From: Thermodesulfobacteriota bacterium | GTDB lineage: Bacteria; Desulfobacterota; WTBG01; JAGOGO01 | DNA: 32,000 nt | Direction of reading: 5' to 3' | Assembly (NCBI GenBank): GCA_026625185.1 | Contig: CP113000.1 | Coordinates: 1,275,622-1,307,621, forward strand | Part shown: positions 1-9,219 of the stretch, piece after piece | Layout of the letters: every line of letters begins with the position of its first letter | Position numbering within the stretch: position 1 is the stretch's first letter | Translations under genes and position numbers: made by a program | The notes under the pieces: model-generated | What the model saw: only the letters and a program-made list of their open reading frames with translations | The model's database searches: none | What the model was told of the DNA's origin: nothing

Positions 1-471
1 CTTGATTTCAATTGGTATCCCGTCGTTGACCAGAGACCAGATTTCTTCAATTTCCCGGTTGGTTACTGCGATACACCCCTGAGTCCAGTTCATCTTCCGA
101 TAAAAAAAACCGAGAAAGCCCAGCCCGTTTCTAATGCCGTGGAGCATGATGTCCCCGCCGGGGTTCACTCCCGCCTGGTTTGCCCGCTGAATATCTGCCT
201 GGGAGGGGTAGGAAATGTGAAGTGAGCGATGATAGCAACTTTGATAATTGCGCCCGTCGATAACGTAAAGACCTTCCGGTGTTTTCCCGTCGTCTTTCTG
301 TAACTTATGCCCCTCAGGGTATGGACCAAGCGCAACCTGATAGGTACGTATAATATTACCTTCTGAAAGCAGAAAAAGCTTCCGCTTGGCTTTTTCAACT
401 ACAACAAGGTCAATCTGCCTGGCGGGTGGTGATTGCTTCCTTGAATTTAAAACCCTTTTCTTAGCCAGCAT
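1..471 (-). CDS. L,D-transpeptidase (YkuD/ErfK-type catalytic domain); C-terminus runs off the window
   Basis: This gene is absent from the ORF track because no stop codon lies in the window. The minus-strand frame from ATG 471 is open to base 1 (157 codons): MLAKKRVLNSRKQSPPARQIDLVVVEKAKRKLFLLSEGNIIRTYQVALGPYPEGHKLQKDDGKTPEGLYVIDGRN...GDIMLHGIRNG...WTQGCIAVTNREIEEIW. The HG ... xGC(I)xxxN arrangement is the YkuD His/Cys catalytic signature. I see no clear signal peptide or SD. Confidence 0.75.
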   Translation of the reverse strand, partial: MLAKKRVLNSRKQSPPARQIDLVVVEKAKRKLFLLSEGNIIRTYQVALGPYPEGHKLQKDDGKTPEGLYVIDGRNYQSCYHRSLHISYPSQADIQRANQAGVNPGGDIMLHGIRNGLGFLGFFYRKMNWTQGCIAVTNREIEEIWSLVNDGIPIEIK

Positions 472-496
472 CACAAAACATCAGACCGTAAAATGA

Positions 497-1273
497 TTAA
501 TGAGCACCATTGTTTTTATAACCGCGCAGATAGGAAAGGACTCTTCTTACGTATTCCCGGGTCTCATCGTAAGGGGGAATGGCATAATTGCAGCCGATCA
601 CCGCATTTTCTCCGGCATTGTAAGCAGCCACGGTTAAGTGCAAATCATTGTTAAAGATATTCAAGAGCCGTCGCAGGTGTTTTACCCCGCCTTCAATGTT
701 ATCCCGGGGACTAAAAATATTTTTCACTGACATGTCCTCAGCAGTTCCCGGCATAAGCTGCATGATTCCTTTGGCGCCTTTTGGGGATACGACTGATGTA
801 TTAAAGTCAGATTCTGCTTTTATAACCGCCCGAACCAGGTCACAGTCAACTTCGTATTTAGCGGCTATTTCTCGGATCAACGGATCATATACCTTGCTGT
901 CATATTTAGGAGAGCGAGCATACCTCACGTAGCGGTACACATATACCTTATTGGGTTTATCGATTAGGTCGTTGTCGACATGGGTAGTGCCTTGGTTTTT
1001 CTTTTTGGACCTACCCTCATTCTCCGTTTTGTGATGGTATCTCCTCTTTTCTTCGTATTCACTTTTTTCTTCGCCATTGCCATCAGCTGCCTGGAATCGG
1101 TATTTTGGTTTTCGGTATTCGTTATAGTCTTCCGGTTTTTCAATGCTAATGGTGAGGTTCATATTATTATTTGCTGAATCTTCTTGTTTTTCGTAGCGAC
1201 TACGGTGATCAGCAAAGACCCCTTGGGGAATTGCAAAGGATAATATCAAAAGCAAATAAATATGGCGCTTCAT
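497..1273 (-). CDS. Secreted lytic murein transglycosylase (SLT/GH23 domain)
   Basis: The 258-aa ORF starts with a signal peptide (MKRHIYLLLILSFAIPQGVFA) and a charged low-complexity linker. SLT motifs follow: AESDFN (catalytic Glu), GAKGIMQLMPGTA and AAYNAGENAV. Confidence 0.85.
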   Translation of the reverse strand: MKRHIYLLLILSFAIPQGVFADHRSRYEKQEDSANNNMNLTISIEKPEDYNEYRKPKYRFQAADGNGEEKSEYEEKRRYHHKTENEGRSKKKNQGTTHVDNDLIDKPNKVYVYRYVRYARSPKYDSKVYDPLIREIAAKYEVDCDLVRAVIKAESDFNTSVVSPKGAKGIMQLMPGTAEDMSVKNIFSPRDNIEGGVKHLRRLLNIFNNDLHLTVAAYNAGENAVIGCNYAIPPYDETREYVRRVLSYLRGYKNNGAH

Positions 1274-1610
1274 TCTTCAGTACTGTCCTTAGGGTTCAAT
1301 TTTCTTGCGAGTGAAATACCAATGAGAAGCCCCGACTCCTGTAAAAAACAATATCGGTTCCGAACATTATGGCTCCTTTCCTGATTCCATCCTCTCCGGC
1401 TGCTTTTTGGGGCGCCAAATTATTACCCAATCATGACAATTACTAAGTCACATCGTTTCATTCTTTATAATTTCATAATCACAGCTACTAATTTCCCAAT
1501 GACCTTAAAGGCAACCTGACCTGACCCTGAAAGATGTATCATATTTAAAGTTAGAATTCAACCATTTTACCTTTTTCAATGAAGTTATGGGTTCCCCTAA
1601 AAATGTCATT

Positions 1611-1691
1611 TCTGCAAAAGCAGACTTGCCCCGTACCTGATACGGGGAATCCGGAACTAATCAAATTACCGGACTCCCGCCTTCGGGGGGG
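1611..1691. repeat. Cluster of four short stem-loops (REP/MITE-like extragenic palindromes or a small structured RNA)
   Basis: The four hairpins are TCTGC-AAAA-GCAGA (1611-1624), CCCCGTA-CCTGA-TACGGGG (1629-1647), TCCGG-N14-CCGGA (1650-1673) and CCCGCC-TTCG-GGGGGG (1676-1691, one G.G mismatch). The spurious track ORF 1579-1845 translates this region as ...MSFLQKQ...PDSRLRGGG... That resembles the SFPRKRES / DSRLRGND peptides I recall arising from translated extragenic palindromic repeats in many anaerobe genomes. Confidence 0.35.
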
Positions 1692-1741
1692 TGGCAACCT
1701 GGGATTATTAGAGATGCTCTTATATCTAACCTGTTATAAGT

Positions 1742-3331
1742 TTAATTACTTGGAAGTCTTACTTGCTGGACAGAAAGAAGGTCGGGATGGCTACGAAGGG
1801 TATCCAGAGCATCTGAGGGGGCTTCTTCGTCCAAACGAACCATAGCGATTGCGCGATCATTTTTTGCTGTTCGGCTTAGGTGCATATTGGCGATGTTAAC
1901 CTGATACTTTCCGAGTGTTGAACCGATAAACCCGATTACCCCTGGTTTGTCAAGGTTTTGTATTATCAGGTTAACACCTTCAAGTTCCGTTTCTAGTCCG
2001 TAATTATACAATCGAACCAGCCGAATTTCTTTCCCTGGTAAGACCGTACCCGCGGCAGAACATTTTGCTCCTTTTCCTTGGACAGTTAACTTTATAAGCC
2101 CCGAATAGCCTGTAGTTTCAGAAGTGGAGGAAGCTATGAGATCAATTTTACGCTCTTTGAGAAGAAAGGGTGCGTTTACAAAATTAACTTTTTCTGCAAG
2201 AATGGGATCAAGTAACCCTTTGGCGGCTGCTTGAGTTAATGCCTGTAAGGGCAATTGCAGGAGCTCCATTCCACTAAATTCGATTTCCACGCGTTCAATA
2301 AGCGCAACCAGTTGTGCCTGGAGGTTTCCCAAGCGTTCTGCCAGAGCGATATAAGGCTGTATCTTTTCAAAGTCTTTCGAGGATATGGCCGGAAAATTGA
2401 CCGCATTGTGAATAAGTCCGTTTTTAAGGAAATTAATTAATTGAGAAGCAATTGCAAGAGCTACGTTATTTTGCGCCTGAACACTTGATGCCCCTAAATG
2501 AGGGGTAAAGATCACATTTTCTAATTCAAGTAAGGGATTGTCTCCAGGTGGTTCTTGCGCAAAAACATCCAAAGCGGCTCCGGCAACCTGTTCTCCTACA
2601 ATCGCCTGGTAAAGAGCGTTTTCATCAATAAGTCCTCCTCTTGCACAGTTGATGATTTGAACACCTCTTTTCATCTTGGCGATTGTATCGGAGTTAATAA
2701 GATTTCTCGTTTCAGGATTAAGAGGAGTATGAAGGGTAATAAAATCAGAACGGTTAAGCAGGTCGGATAGAGAGACTAACTCGACGCCTAAGGCAATCGC
2801 CGCATCCCCGGTCACATGAGGATCGTAGGCAATCACGTGCATTTCCATGCTTAAAGCTCGTTTTGCTAAAATGGAACCGACTTTTCCAAGGCCGATAATT
2901 CCCAAGGTTTGTTGATAAAGCTCCATTCCCATAAACTGTTTCTTTTCCCAACGCCCTTCACGTAAAGATTGTGTTGCCTGGGGGATGTGACGAGCAAGAG
3001 CAAGCATTAGGGCTAAAGTATGTTCAGCAGCGGCCATCGCATTGGCGCCGGGAGTATTCATGACCAGGATTCCTCTGGCACTGGCTGCTTGAACGTCAAT
3101 GTTGTCTACTCCACTCCCCGCACGTCCGATGACCTTAAGTTTCGGCGCGTATTCAAGAAGGTCCTTGGTAACTTTTGTCCGGCTACGAACTACCATAGCG
3201 TCACACTCAGGCAGTATATTCTTAATTTCTTCGAGAGTTGGCTGTTCGGGAGCATCAACTTGAATGTTTTCTTCGGCACGCAAAAGCTGTAACCCGCTTT
3301 TTTCCATCCCATCACAAATAAGAATACGCAT
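1742..3331 (-). CDS. serA: D-3-phosphoglycerate dehydrogenase, long form with C-terminal ACT-type regulatory domain
   Basis: The 529-aa ORF has a D-2-hydroxyacid dehydrogenase core with the NAD loop GIIGLGKVGSILA and HTPLNPETRNLI. Its C-terminal part (NLIIQNLDKPGVIGFIGSTLGKYQVNIANMHL) looks like an ACT domain. The length is typical of long-form SerA. Confidence 0.9.
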   Translation of the reverse strand: MRILICDGMEKSGLQLLRAEENIQVDAPEQPTLEEIKNILPECDAMVVRSRTKVTKDLLEYAPKLKVIGRAGSGVDNIDVQAASARGILVMNTPGANAMAAAEHTLALMLALARHIPQATQSLREGRWEKKQFMGMELYQQTLGIIGLGKVGSILAKRALSMEMHVIAYDPHVTGDAAIALGVELVSLSDLLNRSDFITLHTPLNPETRNLINSDTIAKMKRGVQIINCARGGLIDENALYQAIVGEQVAGAALDVFAQEPPGDNPLLELENVIFTPHLGASSVQAQNNVALAIASQLINFLKNGLIHNAVNFPAISSKDFEKIQPYIALAERLGNLQAQLVALIERVEIEFSGMELLQLPLQALTQAAAKGLLDPILAEKVNFVNAPFLLKERKIDLIASSTSETTGYSGLIKLTVQGKGAKCSAAGTVLPGKEIRLVRLYNYGLETELEGVNLIIQNLDKPGVIGFIGSTLGKYQVNIANMHLSRTAKNDRAIAMVRLDEEAPSDALDTLRSHPDLLSVQQVRLPSN

Positions 3332-3440
3332 TTTATCTTCTCCGTTTATTTCATTTGGCTTTGAGTTTTTTCAAACCATCTAAAAACAAAAAAAGAATAT
3401 ATAGGAATACTACAACCTTTTTTGTAGAATCTCAACGATA

Positions 3441-3484
3441 AAACTCCGGAAAGGGAAACGAATGAAAAAAGCTCCCCTTCCCGG
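3441..3484 (-). terminator. Possible intrinsic terminator after the DUF1329 gene
   Basis: On the minus strand, CCGGGAAGGGG-(18-nt loop)-CCCTTTCCGG (9 bp plus one bulge) is followed by AGTTTTAT. The loop is large and the U-run short, so this call is weak. Confidence 0.3.
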
Positions 3485-3506
3485 GATATCTTCAGTTCTC
3501 TCGCCG

Positions 3507-4823
3507 TTAGCGTGCTTCTCTCAAAAGTCCCTGGATGGTGAGAGCCTTCCCCTCGTCTAAGGGAAGGTACTCATAGAACTCCTTTTTGCTATGAATGGAC
3601 GAATATCCGTCCATCAACGAATAATGACTCTTCAGAGCATCGGCAAAGAGGTACCCGAATAAATGATGGAAGCCCAGAGGATTGACCCCTAAAGCGAGGT
3701 AGCCATTAGATCTCCACAATCTACCTGCCTGGTCATAGTTTTCGCCCCAAAAGATCATGAAGGAGCCGGGAGTTTCTTCTAACGGTACGGCATTAGTATA
3801 AAGTACCCGCTTGCTGTAAACATAGTCGGGATTGTTCATGCTGACCTCCCAGATCCACACGGGACGGATTTCCAGCTTTTCCGGAAAACCCACGCCGGTT
3901 TTTTTCATGTCGTACTTTGGCCTCATGTCCGGGTTTTCTTCCATCCAGCCGGAAGTAAACTGGGGGTAGAACATTTCGCGCTGCGCTACCATCCTGCAAG
4001 TCTGCTCAGGGGTGATCTTCTGCTGCCAGACCTGGAAATCATCGGGAATAGCGTCGCTCCCAAGAAGAGGATCGGTCAAATCTCCACCGGTGAGGCGGCG
4101 TATTCTTTTCAAAGCCGGTATATAGGAGAAGACGTCATCGGGCTTAGTCATGCTCCAAAACTTGTGCCGCAAGAGAATGAAGCCCCGGACGTCCTGCGGC
4201 TCGGTAATCATAATGGTCCCTTTAAATACGATACCATCCTTTGTATAGGGCTCCAGGTTTCCAAAGGGCGGCATTTCTACTCTATTCAAGTACCTGCGCT
4301 CCTGATTGATCCAGGTAAACCGCTTCTGGTATCTGTTCTTATCAAACAAGTTGAACGCCGCATAAAACCTATGGTCATCATGGCCCCCAGCGGTCCGATT
4401 GTACAGGGTATAAGAATTCCACAGAAGCTCGGAAGCGTTTTTGGGATGGGGAAAGGGATTGCCGCCCTGCCAGTTCAAAAGCTCTTGCGTCTTAGGGTCT
4501 ATGCTCGCTGTTCCCTGGTGCTTGAGGCTGGCTTCTCTCCAAGCAGAAGAAACCCCCGGGTATTTTTTAGAATACTCCACGATGGGTATGGTTATCCCTC
4601 CTTCCTTCACTCCAAACTCATTATAAATGAGTTTGGAGGGGGGAAGCAACTTTTTAAGCTCCGGAAGGTATTGATCCCAGTTATCTTTGGTGATTACCAG
4701 TCCCGGTTTAATCGGCCCCTGGTATTTTTCCAGAGGGGGCATTTGAGCAAAAAGACCGGTCCCGCTGAAGCCGATCACCAGGAATACGGTGAAAATAAAT
4801 AGTATGACTTTTTTATTCCTCAT
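3507..4823 (-). CDS. DUF1329-family periplasmic/outer-membrane-associated protein (LolA-like 'lipoprotein-sorting' fold family)
   Basis: The 438-aa ORF has an SD (AAGGAG-N6-ATG) and a signal peptide (...FSGTGLFAQ). The soluble body is rich in aromatic residues. The N-terminal pattern KPGLVITKDNWDQYLPELKKLLPP and the adjacency to a DUF1302-type barrel match what I recall for DUF1329. Confidence 0.7.
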   Translation of the reverse strand: MRNKKVILFIFTVFLVIGFSGTGLFAQMPPLEKYQGPIKPGLVITKDNWDQYLPELKKLLPPSKLIYNEFGVKEGGITIPIVEYSKKYPGVSSAWREASLKHQGTASIDPKTQELLNWQGGNPFPHPKNASELLWNSYTLYNRTAGGHDDHRFYAAFNLFDKNRYQKRFTWINQERRYLNRVEMPPFGNLEPYTKDGIVFKGTIMITEPQDVRGFILLRHKFWSMTKPDDVFSYIPALKRIRRLTGGDLTDPLLGSDAIPDDFQVWQQKITPEQTCRMVAQREMFYPQFTSGWMEENPDMRPKYDMKKTGVGFPEKLEIRPVWIWEVSMNNPDYVYSKRVLYTNAVPLEETPGSFMIFWGENYDQAGRLWRSNGYLALGVNPLGFHHLFGYLFADALKSHYSLMDGYSSIHSKKEFYEYLPLDEGKALTIQGLLREAR

Positions 4824-4874
4824 TTAAATCTCCTTTCGCTTTTTGCATTCACTTCTTTTAGGAACCCTCTCTTT

Positions 4875-6362
4875 TTAAAAGAGATACTTTATCTGAAGGT
4901 AAAACTCATCCTTGTGATTCATGACATTAAAAGGAAGTCGGAGACTATGACCTTGAAATATCAGGGCCCCGATCTCCGGACGCCAATGATCGCCATATTT
5001 AAACGTCACCCTCGGTTTCATGTACCAACCACTATTAGTGATATCATATACCACTAAACAATCAGGACTAATCCGGGCGTTGCGGTAGTCAGTATTAACC
5101 TTTAAACTTACAAAGTTGGTACTTTGATTCAGCTTCTGGTTGTAAGGGCCTTCAACCAGACCCCATTCGTGGTCAAAGGTCCAGAAGTTAAAAAACTGCC
5201 CACTGAAGCTAATCATCTGCTCCGGATTGAGCCAACGCATCCACGCCTTGGCATCAAAACCCACCATGGAGTGGAGACGAGCTCTTCTGGTTACCATATC
5301 CGAATGCTTGGCTTGATTTAGGCTGCCTACCGGCTCATCAGGGTACATGGCAAACTCCCCCCGGAGAATAAAGAGGTTGCCCAAACTCTTATTGAAAGTG
5401 AAGCCGACGATGTTCATGGAATAATATCGCTGGATCAAGTTAAGCATTATCAAATCCGGGGGCCGCCCACCAGGATCGGGTATGGGAGTGGGACCGCCGG
5501 GCCCCATCCACAGCGCGGTATCCCCATGGAATTCGGTGGAAGGATTGTGGTTAAAGCCATGAAAGTAGTTGAGGGTCATAAACCATCCCCCGACTTCTAT
5601 TCCCATGCGCGCACCGTAACTGCTGCTATCGAAGCTGTAACGGGTTTTCTTGTGTTCTTGGATAACCGGGATCACGGGCGCTCCCCAGGGAGTAAAGGTA
5701 AGCGTAGGAAGGGGAATGGACCAGGGGCCATTAGAGTTAGGCGCCTTCACCGGATCTCCGAGATCAAGCAAGTCCTTCTTGAAATCCGGAGTCCACACCC
5801 ACTCTACAAACCAATTTCTTACTGGATCTATATCATAGATGGCCCTAACGGCAGTCAAAGGTCGACGGATCTCTGACCAATCCCGGGTATTAAACTGGCG
5901 GCGCATATCCAATGGATTGATGATGTCCATAAGCCTGACCCCATCGCTCTCGCCCCAGACAATCTGTTGCAGCCCCAGCTTAAGGGTCAGCTTATTCAAT
6001 ACTAACACCCCATACATTTCTCGCAACTTGTTTTCTTCATCTAAAGTATCCCCACTGCCTTCATATTGATCCCAGTAATTTCCACCATCCCGAATATCCC
6101 ACACATGATCGTAGAGAGATCTCCAAGACCCATAAAAACTCAGATTGGGAGAAAATTTATAATCCGCGTCGATTCGTAAAGTGTTTTCAAAAGATACCAG
6201 CCCCGCACCTCCAAGACGGAAGGAGGACTGGTTTTGGAGGTAGCCATCAACCCACAATTTATTGTCCAAAAAGGAAAACCGACCATAGGTGGGAGCGGCC
6301 TGGGAAAAAATGGCCACTCCACCTAAAAGAAAAATCAGGATAAGCTTTAACTTCTTTTTCAT
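4875..6362 (-). CDS. DUF1302-family outer-membrane beta-barrel protein
   Basis: The 495-aa ORF has a signal peptide (MKKKLKLILIFLLGGVAIFSQA) and an alternating amphipathic beta-strand pattern. The C-terminus ...FYLQIKYLF ends in Phe, an OMP sorting signature. It is paired with DUF1329. Confidence 0.7.
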   Translation of the reverse strand: MKKKLKLILIFLLGGVAIFSQAAPTYGRFSFLDNKLWVDGYLQNQSSFRLGGAGLVSFENTLRIDADYKFSPNLSFYGSWRSLYDHVWDIRDGGNYWDQYEGSGDTLDEENKLREMYGVLVLNKLTLKLGLQQIVWGESDGVRLMDIINPLDMRRQFNTRDWSEIRRPLTAVRAIYDIDPVRNWFVEWVWTPDFKKDLLDLGDPVKAPNSNGPWSIPLPTLTFTPWGAPVIPVIQEHKKTRYSFDSSSYGARMGIEVGGWFMTLNYFHGFNHNPSTEFHGDTALWMGPGGPTPIPDPGGRPPDLIMLNLIQRYYSMNIVGFTFNKSLGNLFILRGEFAMYPDEPVGSLNQAKHSDMVTRRARLHSMVGFDAKAWMRWLNPEQMISFSGQFFNFWTFDHEWGLVEGPYNQKLNQSTNFVSLKVNTDYRNARISPDCLVVYDITNSGWYMKPRVTFKYGDHWRPEIGALIFQGHSLRLPFNVMNHKDEFYLQIKYLF

Positions 6363-6389
6363 TTGTTTCTTCCTCTCTGCTCAAAAAAC

Positions 6390-6634
6390 TAATTAGTTCA
6401 TCCTGAACAATACGTTCTTTTGATGGAAATTGTTCTTTGAAAACCGAATAGAATTGTGAAATAGGGACCTCCTTGTCTGCCGACAGGCAGGCTATAGTGC
6501 TTTTCCAATGCCTCATGCAAACTGTCCCGGTCAATAAGATTGGCAGCACGCATGAGCTCGTGGTCAGAATCTAATTGATCCGAAAAGATTAACTCAAACA
6601 TCGGAAGTTGCCATTCCGCTATTTTGATTGACAT
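6390..6634 (-). pseudogene. Frameshifted, truncated N-terminal remnant of an IS5-like (DUF772-type) transposase
   Basis: The minus-strand frame gives MSIKIAEWQLPMFELIFSDQLDSDHELMRAANLIDRDSLHEALEKHYSLPVGRQ. This follows the DUF772 N-terminal pattern QLxlFE...L..DHxLr....lIDw..l.e.l...YS..GRp. Homology then appears to continue in another frame (..VPISQFYSVFKEQFPSKERIVQDEL..). No DDE catalytic domain follows. Confidence 0.4.
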
Positions 6635-6782
6635 TTCAATTTATTATATCATGAGATCATCAGAAAAACCGGAGGGTTTTTTGCAATTCTATTCAATTTT
6701 CAAAGAGCCGCTCAGTATTAATAAGGGTTTTAAAGCCTTTTTTCAGGGTGGACTAATTATTAAAAATTTTTTTCTATTTTTA

Positions 6783-9131
6783 CTAATTCTTATCACTTCC
6801 TTCCTCATCCCCTTTAACCTCTTTAAATAGTTTAGATCTAAAGCAATAGGTCAGTGTTGGTACCAGAAAGAGAGCTCCCACCACGTTTGCAGCAAGCAGA
6901 AAGGCAAGCAAAAACCCCATGTCCGCCTGAAACTTCACTTCACTGAAGTACCAAAAAACGATTCCCACTACCACTACAAGTCCGGTTACCACCACTGCCC
7001 GACCGGTGCTGGAAAAACTTCTGATGATGGATTGTTTGATGTCCCCTCCGGTCTCCTGCATTTCATTAATGATCCTGCTCAGCATGTAGATTCCATAGTC
7101 TATTCCTAATCCTGCTCCAATAGAAGCTACCGGTAAAATACTAATGGTCATTCCCATCCCGGCCAAAGCCATATAAGCTGAGGCGATCAGGTTGCCCGTA
7201 ATCAGGGAAATTATGAGGACAATCCCCCTTAGGAATGATCTATAGGGGATGACACAGCAAATGAAGATGATTAAAAGGGCCAGGACCAAGGTGAGCGTAC
7301 TATATTGCGCTACCGTCTCATCGATGCTCGCGGTCACTCCTATGATTCCTCCAGCCAACTTTAATTCCACATGTTCGCTGGGGATAGGGTATCGGGTCAG
7401 GAAATCTTTGCAGACCTGGATCGCATGTCTTATGGTCTCCCCCTGGTGATCCTTAAAATAACAAATGAGATTCCCATGTTGGAAAGGAATGTCGGCCCAA
7501 CGATCAAAGTCTCCCGGTTCACCTTTTACCTCATAGGCCCATAAATAAAAACCACACTCATCCGGAGTGGCGGGAATTTTACTCCATTTGGGATCACCCT
7601 CATGGTATTCCCGGTTAAGCTTTTTTACGATCCCCACCAATGTTTCCGTCCCCCCCACAGAAGGGCACTTACCCTGAAACTCCCGCTCCAGGGCTTCGAT
7701 TGCTCGAAGTACTTCAGGTTCCTTCAAAGCATTCCGGTGCTTGCCTTCAATAATTATGTAAAGGGGATTTGTTCCCGGGAAGTGACGGTTGAGAACGGCA
7801 TCCTGGGAGTTATAAGGAGAATCCGGCCACAAAAGGGGTGAGCCTGGATGAACATCTCCTACCTCAACCCGCATAGACAAGGTAGAGGATGCGACAAAAA
7901 CAACCAGCCAACCCCCCATAACCATCACCATGTTTCTCCTGCCCGCCATAAGCCATTCTCCCCACTTAGTAAGAGCGTTAGTCAGAAAATCTGTCTTTTC
8001 TATCTTTTTGAGGGGGGAGGGTAGATAACAAAAGAGAATGGGAAGCAGCAGACTTACACCAAGAACTGCACCCAAAAGCCAGGTGCCCGAGATCCAACCT
8101 AAAGTCCTCAGTAAAGGAATGGGAACAACGCAAAGGATATAAAGGCCGGCTGCGTCGGTAATGATAGATGCAGCCGAGGGAATGAACATGATATTTATGG
8201 TAGCTATCGAGGCCTCCTCTCTATCTTTAATTGTTTGGCAATATTCTCCGTATCTATCAAGTATCTGCACTCCGTGGCTGATGATCCTGGCCACGATCAC
8301 AAAGGGGATAACCAGTCCCAAGGGGTCGAGATTGAATCTGGCCAAACCCATTAACCCCAGACCCCAGATTGTGTTTATCAAAGCGAGTAATAGGGGCAGG
8401 CAAACAAAAATCCCCCGATATTGATTGAGAAATATGAAAAGGAGGGCAAGTTCGGCCAATACACTTGCCACGAAGATCAGCAGTGATTTTGGATTGTTAT
8501 GATATATCCACCCTATGAGCATGGGCTTTCCCGAGATATAAAACTCTAAATCTTTTCCTGCTACGTCAGTCTGTAATTTTTCAAAGAAATTGAACAATTT
8601 CCGGTAATTGATTTCATCCTTGAAGGTCGCAACAATGAAGGCCATTTTACCATCACCGGAAACCAAAGAACCCCTTATCAACTCATTACTGAAGACACTC
8701 TCCTTTAGTTGCTCTATTTCTTCAGGCCTCTTTGGAACCCCCATTTTATAAAACGGCCTTACATCTACCCCTGCCGGAGTCCCTTCGATATTTTTTACCT
8801 TCGCCCTGCTGAGGGAGATTACCTGGGAAGTTATGGCATCAGGATAAAACATAATCTTTTCCGTTAGCACCTTGAGCTTCTCTAAGAACTGAGGTTGGAA
8901 AATATCCCCTTCCCTTGGCTTAAGGCCAATAATAGTGGTATTAGCACCTCCAAAGAGCTGTTGAAACTTGAGGTGGATCTTTACGTAGGGGTGATTCTGA
9001 GGCAAGGTGCTTTCAAAGGAGGTTGAAAAACTTAAATATCTGATCTGGTAACCGAGGTAAAGGGTAATAAAGAAACTTATGGCCACAAAAAACAAACGGT
9101 GTTTTATAACCAACCTATAAAATTTCACCAT
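6783..9131 (-). CDS. RND-superfamily (MMPL/HpnN-like) inner-membrane exporter
   Basis: The ORF shows two blocks of about six TM helices separated by large periplasmic loops (for example LLIFVASVLAELALLFIFL..., LVLALLIIFICCVIPY...). I moved the start from the track's TTG at 9164 to ATG 9131, which has a perfect SD (TAAGGAGG-N6-ATG). This gives 782 aa. Confidence 0.85.
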   Translation of the reverse strand: MVKFYRLVIKHRLFFVAISFFITLYLGYQIRYLSFSTSFESTLPQNHPYVKIHLKFQQLFGGANTTIIGLKPREGDIFQPQFLEKLKVLTEKIMFYPDAITSQVISLSRAKVKNIEGTPAGVDVRPFYKMGVPKRPEEIEQLKESVFSNELIRGSLVSGDGKMAFIVATFKDEINYRKLFNFFEKLQTDVAGKDLEFYISGKPMLIGWIYHNNPKSLLIFVASVLAELALLFIFLNQYRGIFVCLPLLLALINTIWGLGLMGLARFNLDPLGLVIPFVIVARIISHGVQILDRYGEYCQTIKDREEASIATINIMFIPSAASIITDAAGLYILCVVPIPLLRTLGWISGTWLLGAVLGVSLLLPILFCYLPSPLKKIEKTDFLTNALTKWGEWLMAGRRNMVMVMGGWLVVFVASSTLSMRVEVGDVHPGSPLLWPDSPYNSQDAVLNRHFPGTNPLYIIIEGKHRNALKEPEVLRAIEALEREFQGKCPSVGGTETLVGIVKKLNREYHEGDPKWSKIPATPDECGFYLWAYEVKGEPGDFDRWADIPFQHGNLICYFKDHQGETIRHAIQVCKDFLTRYPIPSEHVELKLAGGIIGVTASIDETVAQYSTLTLVLALLIIFICCVIPYRSFLRGIVLIISLITGNLIASAYMALAGMGMTISILPVASIGAGLGIDYGIYMLSRIINEMQETGGDIKQSIIRSFSSTGRAVVVTGLVVVVGIVFWYFSEVKFQADMGFLLAFLLAANVVGALFLVPTLTYCFRSKLFKEVKGDEEGSDKN

Positions 9132-9219
9132 CTGTGTCCTCCTTAAAATAGCAGTAACGTGCAACCCAATTCAAAATTCCACCTCATTGTCTCACGAAAG
9201 AATAAAAGGCGCGTAACAT

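Noticed and set aside
1274-1741. Possible tRNA or other RNA gene in the 468-bp serA / transglycosylase spacer (GGTTCCGAAC resembles a T-arm).
   Set aside because: I could not fold a cloverleaf: there is no matching acceptor or anticodon stem around the GGTTCCGAAC motif.
1579-1845. 88-aa plus-strand ORF spanning the serA 3' end and the hairpin cluster.
   Set aside because: It overlaps the serA stop region in antisense. Otherwise it is a translation of palindromic repeat DNA, and it has no SD.
4164-4802. 212-aa plus-strand ORF.
   Set aside because: It lies entirely antisense to the DUF1329 gene, which has an SD, a signal peptide and family-like sequence. The antisense product has no recognisable motifs.
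6624-6830. 68-aa hydrophobic plus-strand ORF in AT-rich DNA.
   Set aside because: Its 3' end overlaps the RND gene in antisense. The hydrophobicity comes from T-rich sequence, and I see no SD.
9132-9164. TTG at 9164 as the RND gene start, as in the track.
   Set aside because: ATG 9131 is preceded by a perfect TAAGGAGG-N6. The 11 extra codons would place that SD inside the coding sequence.
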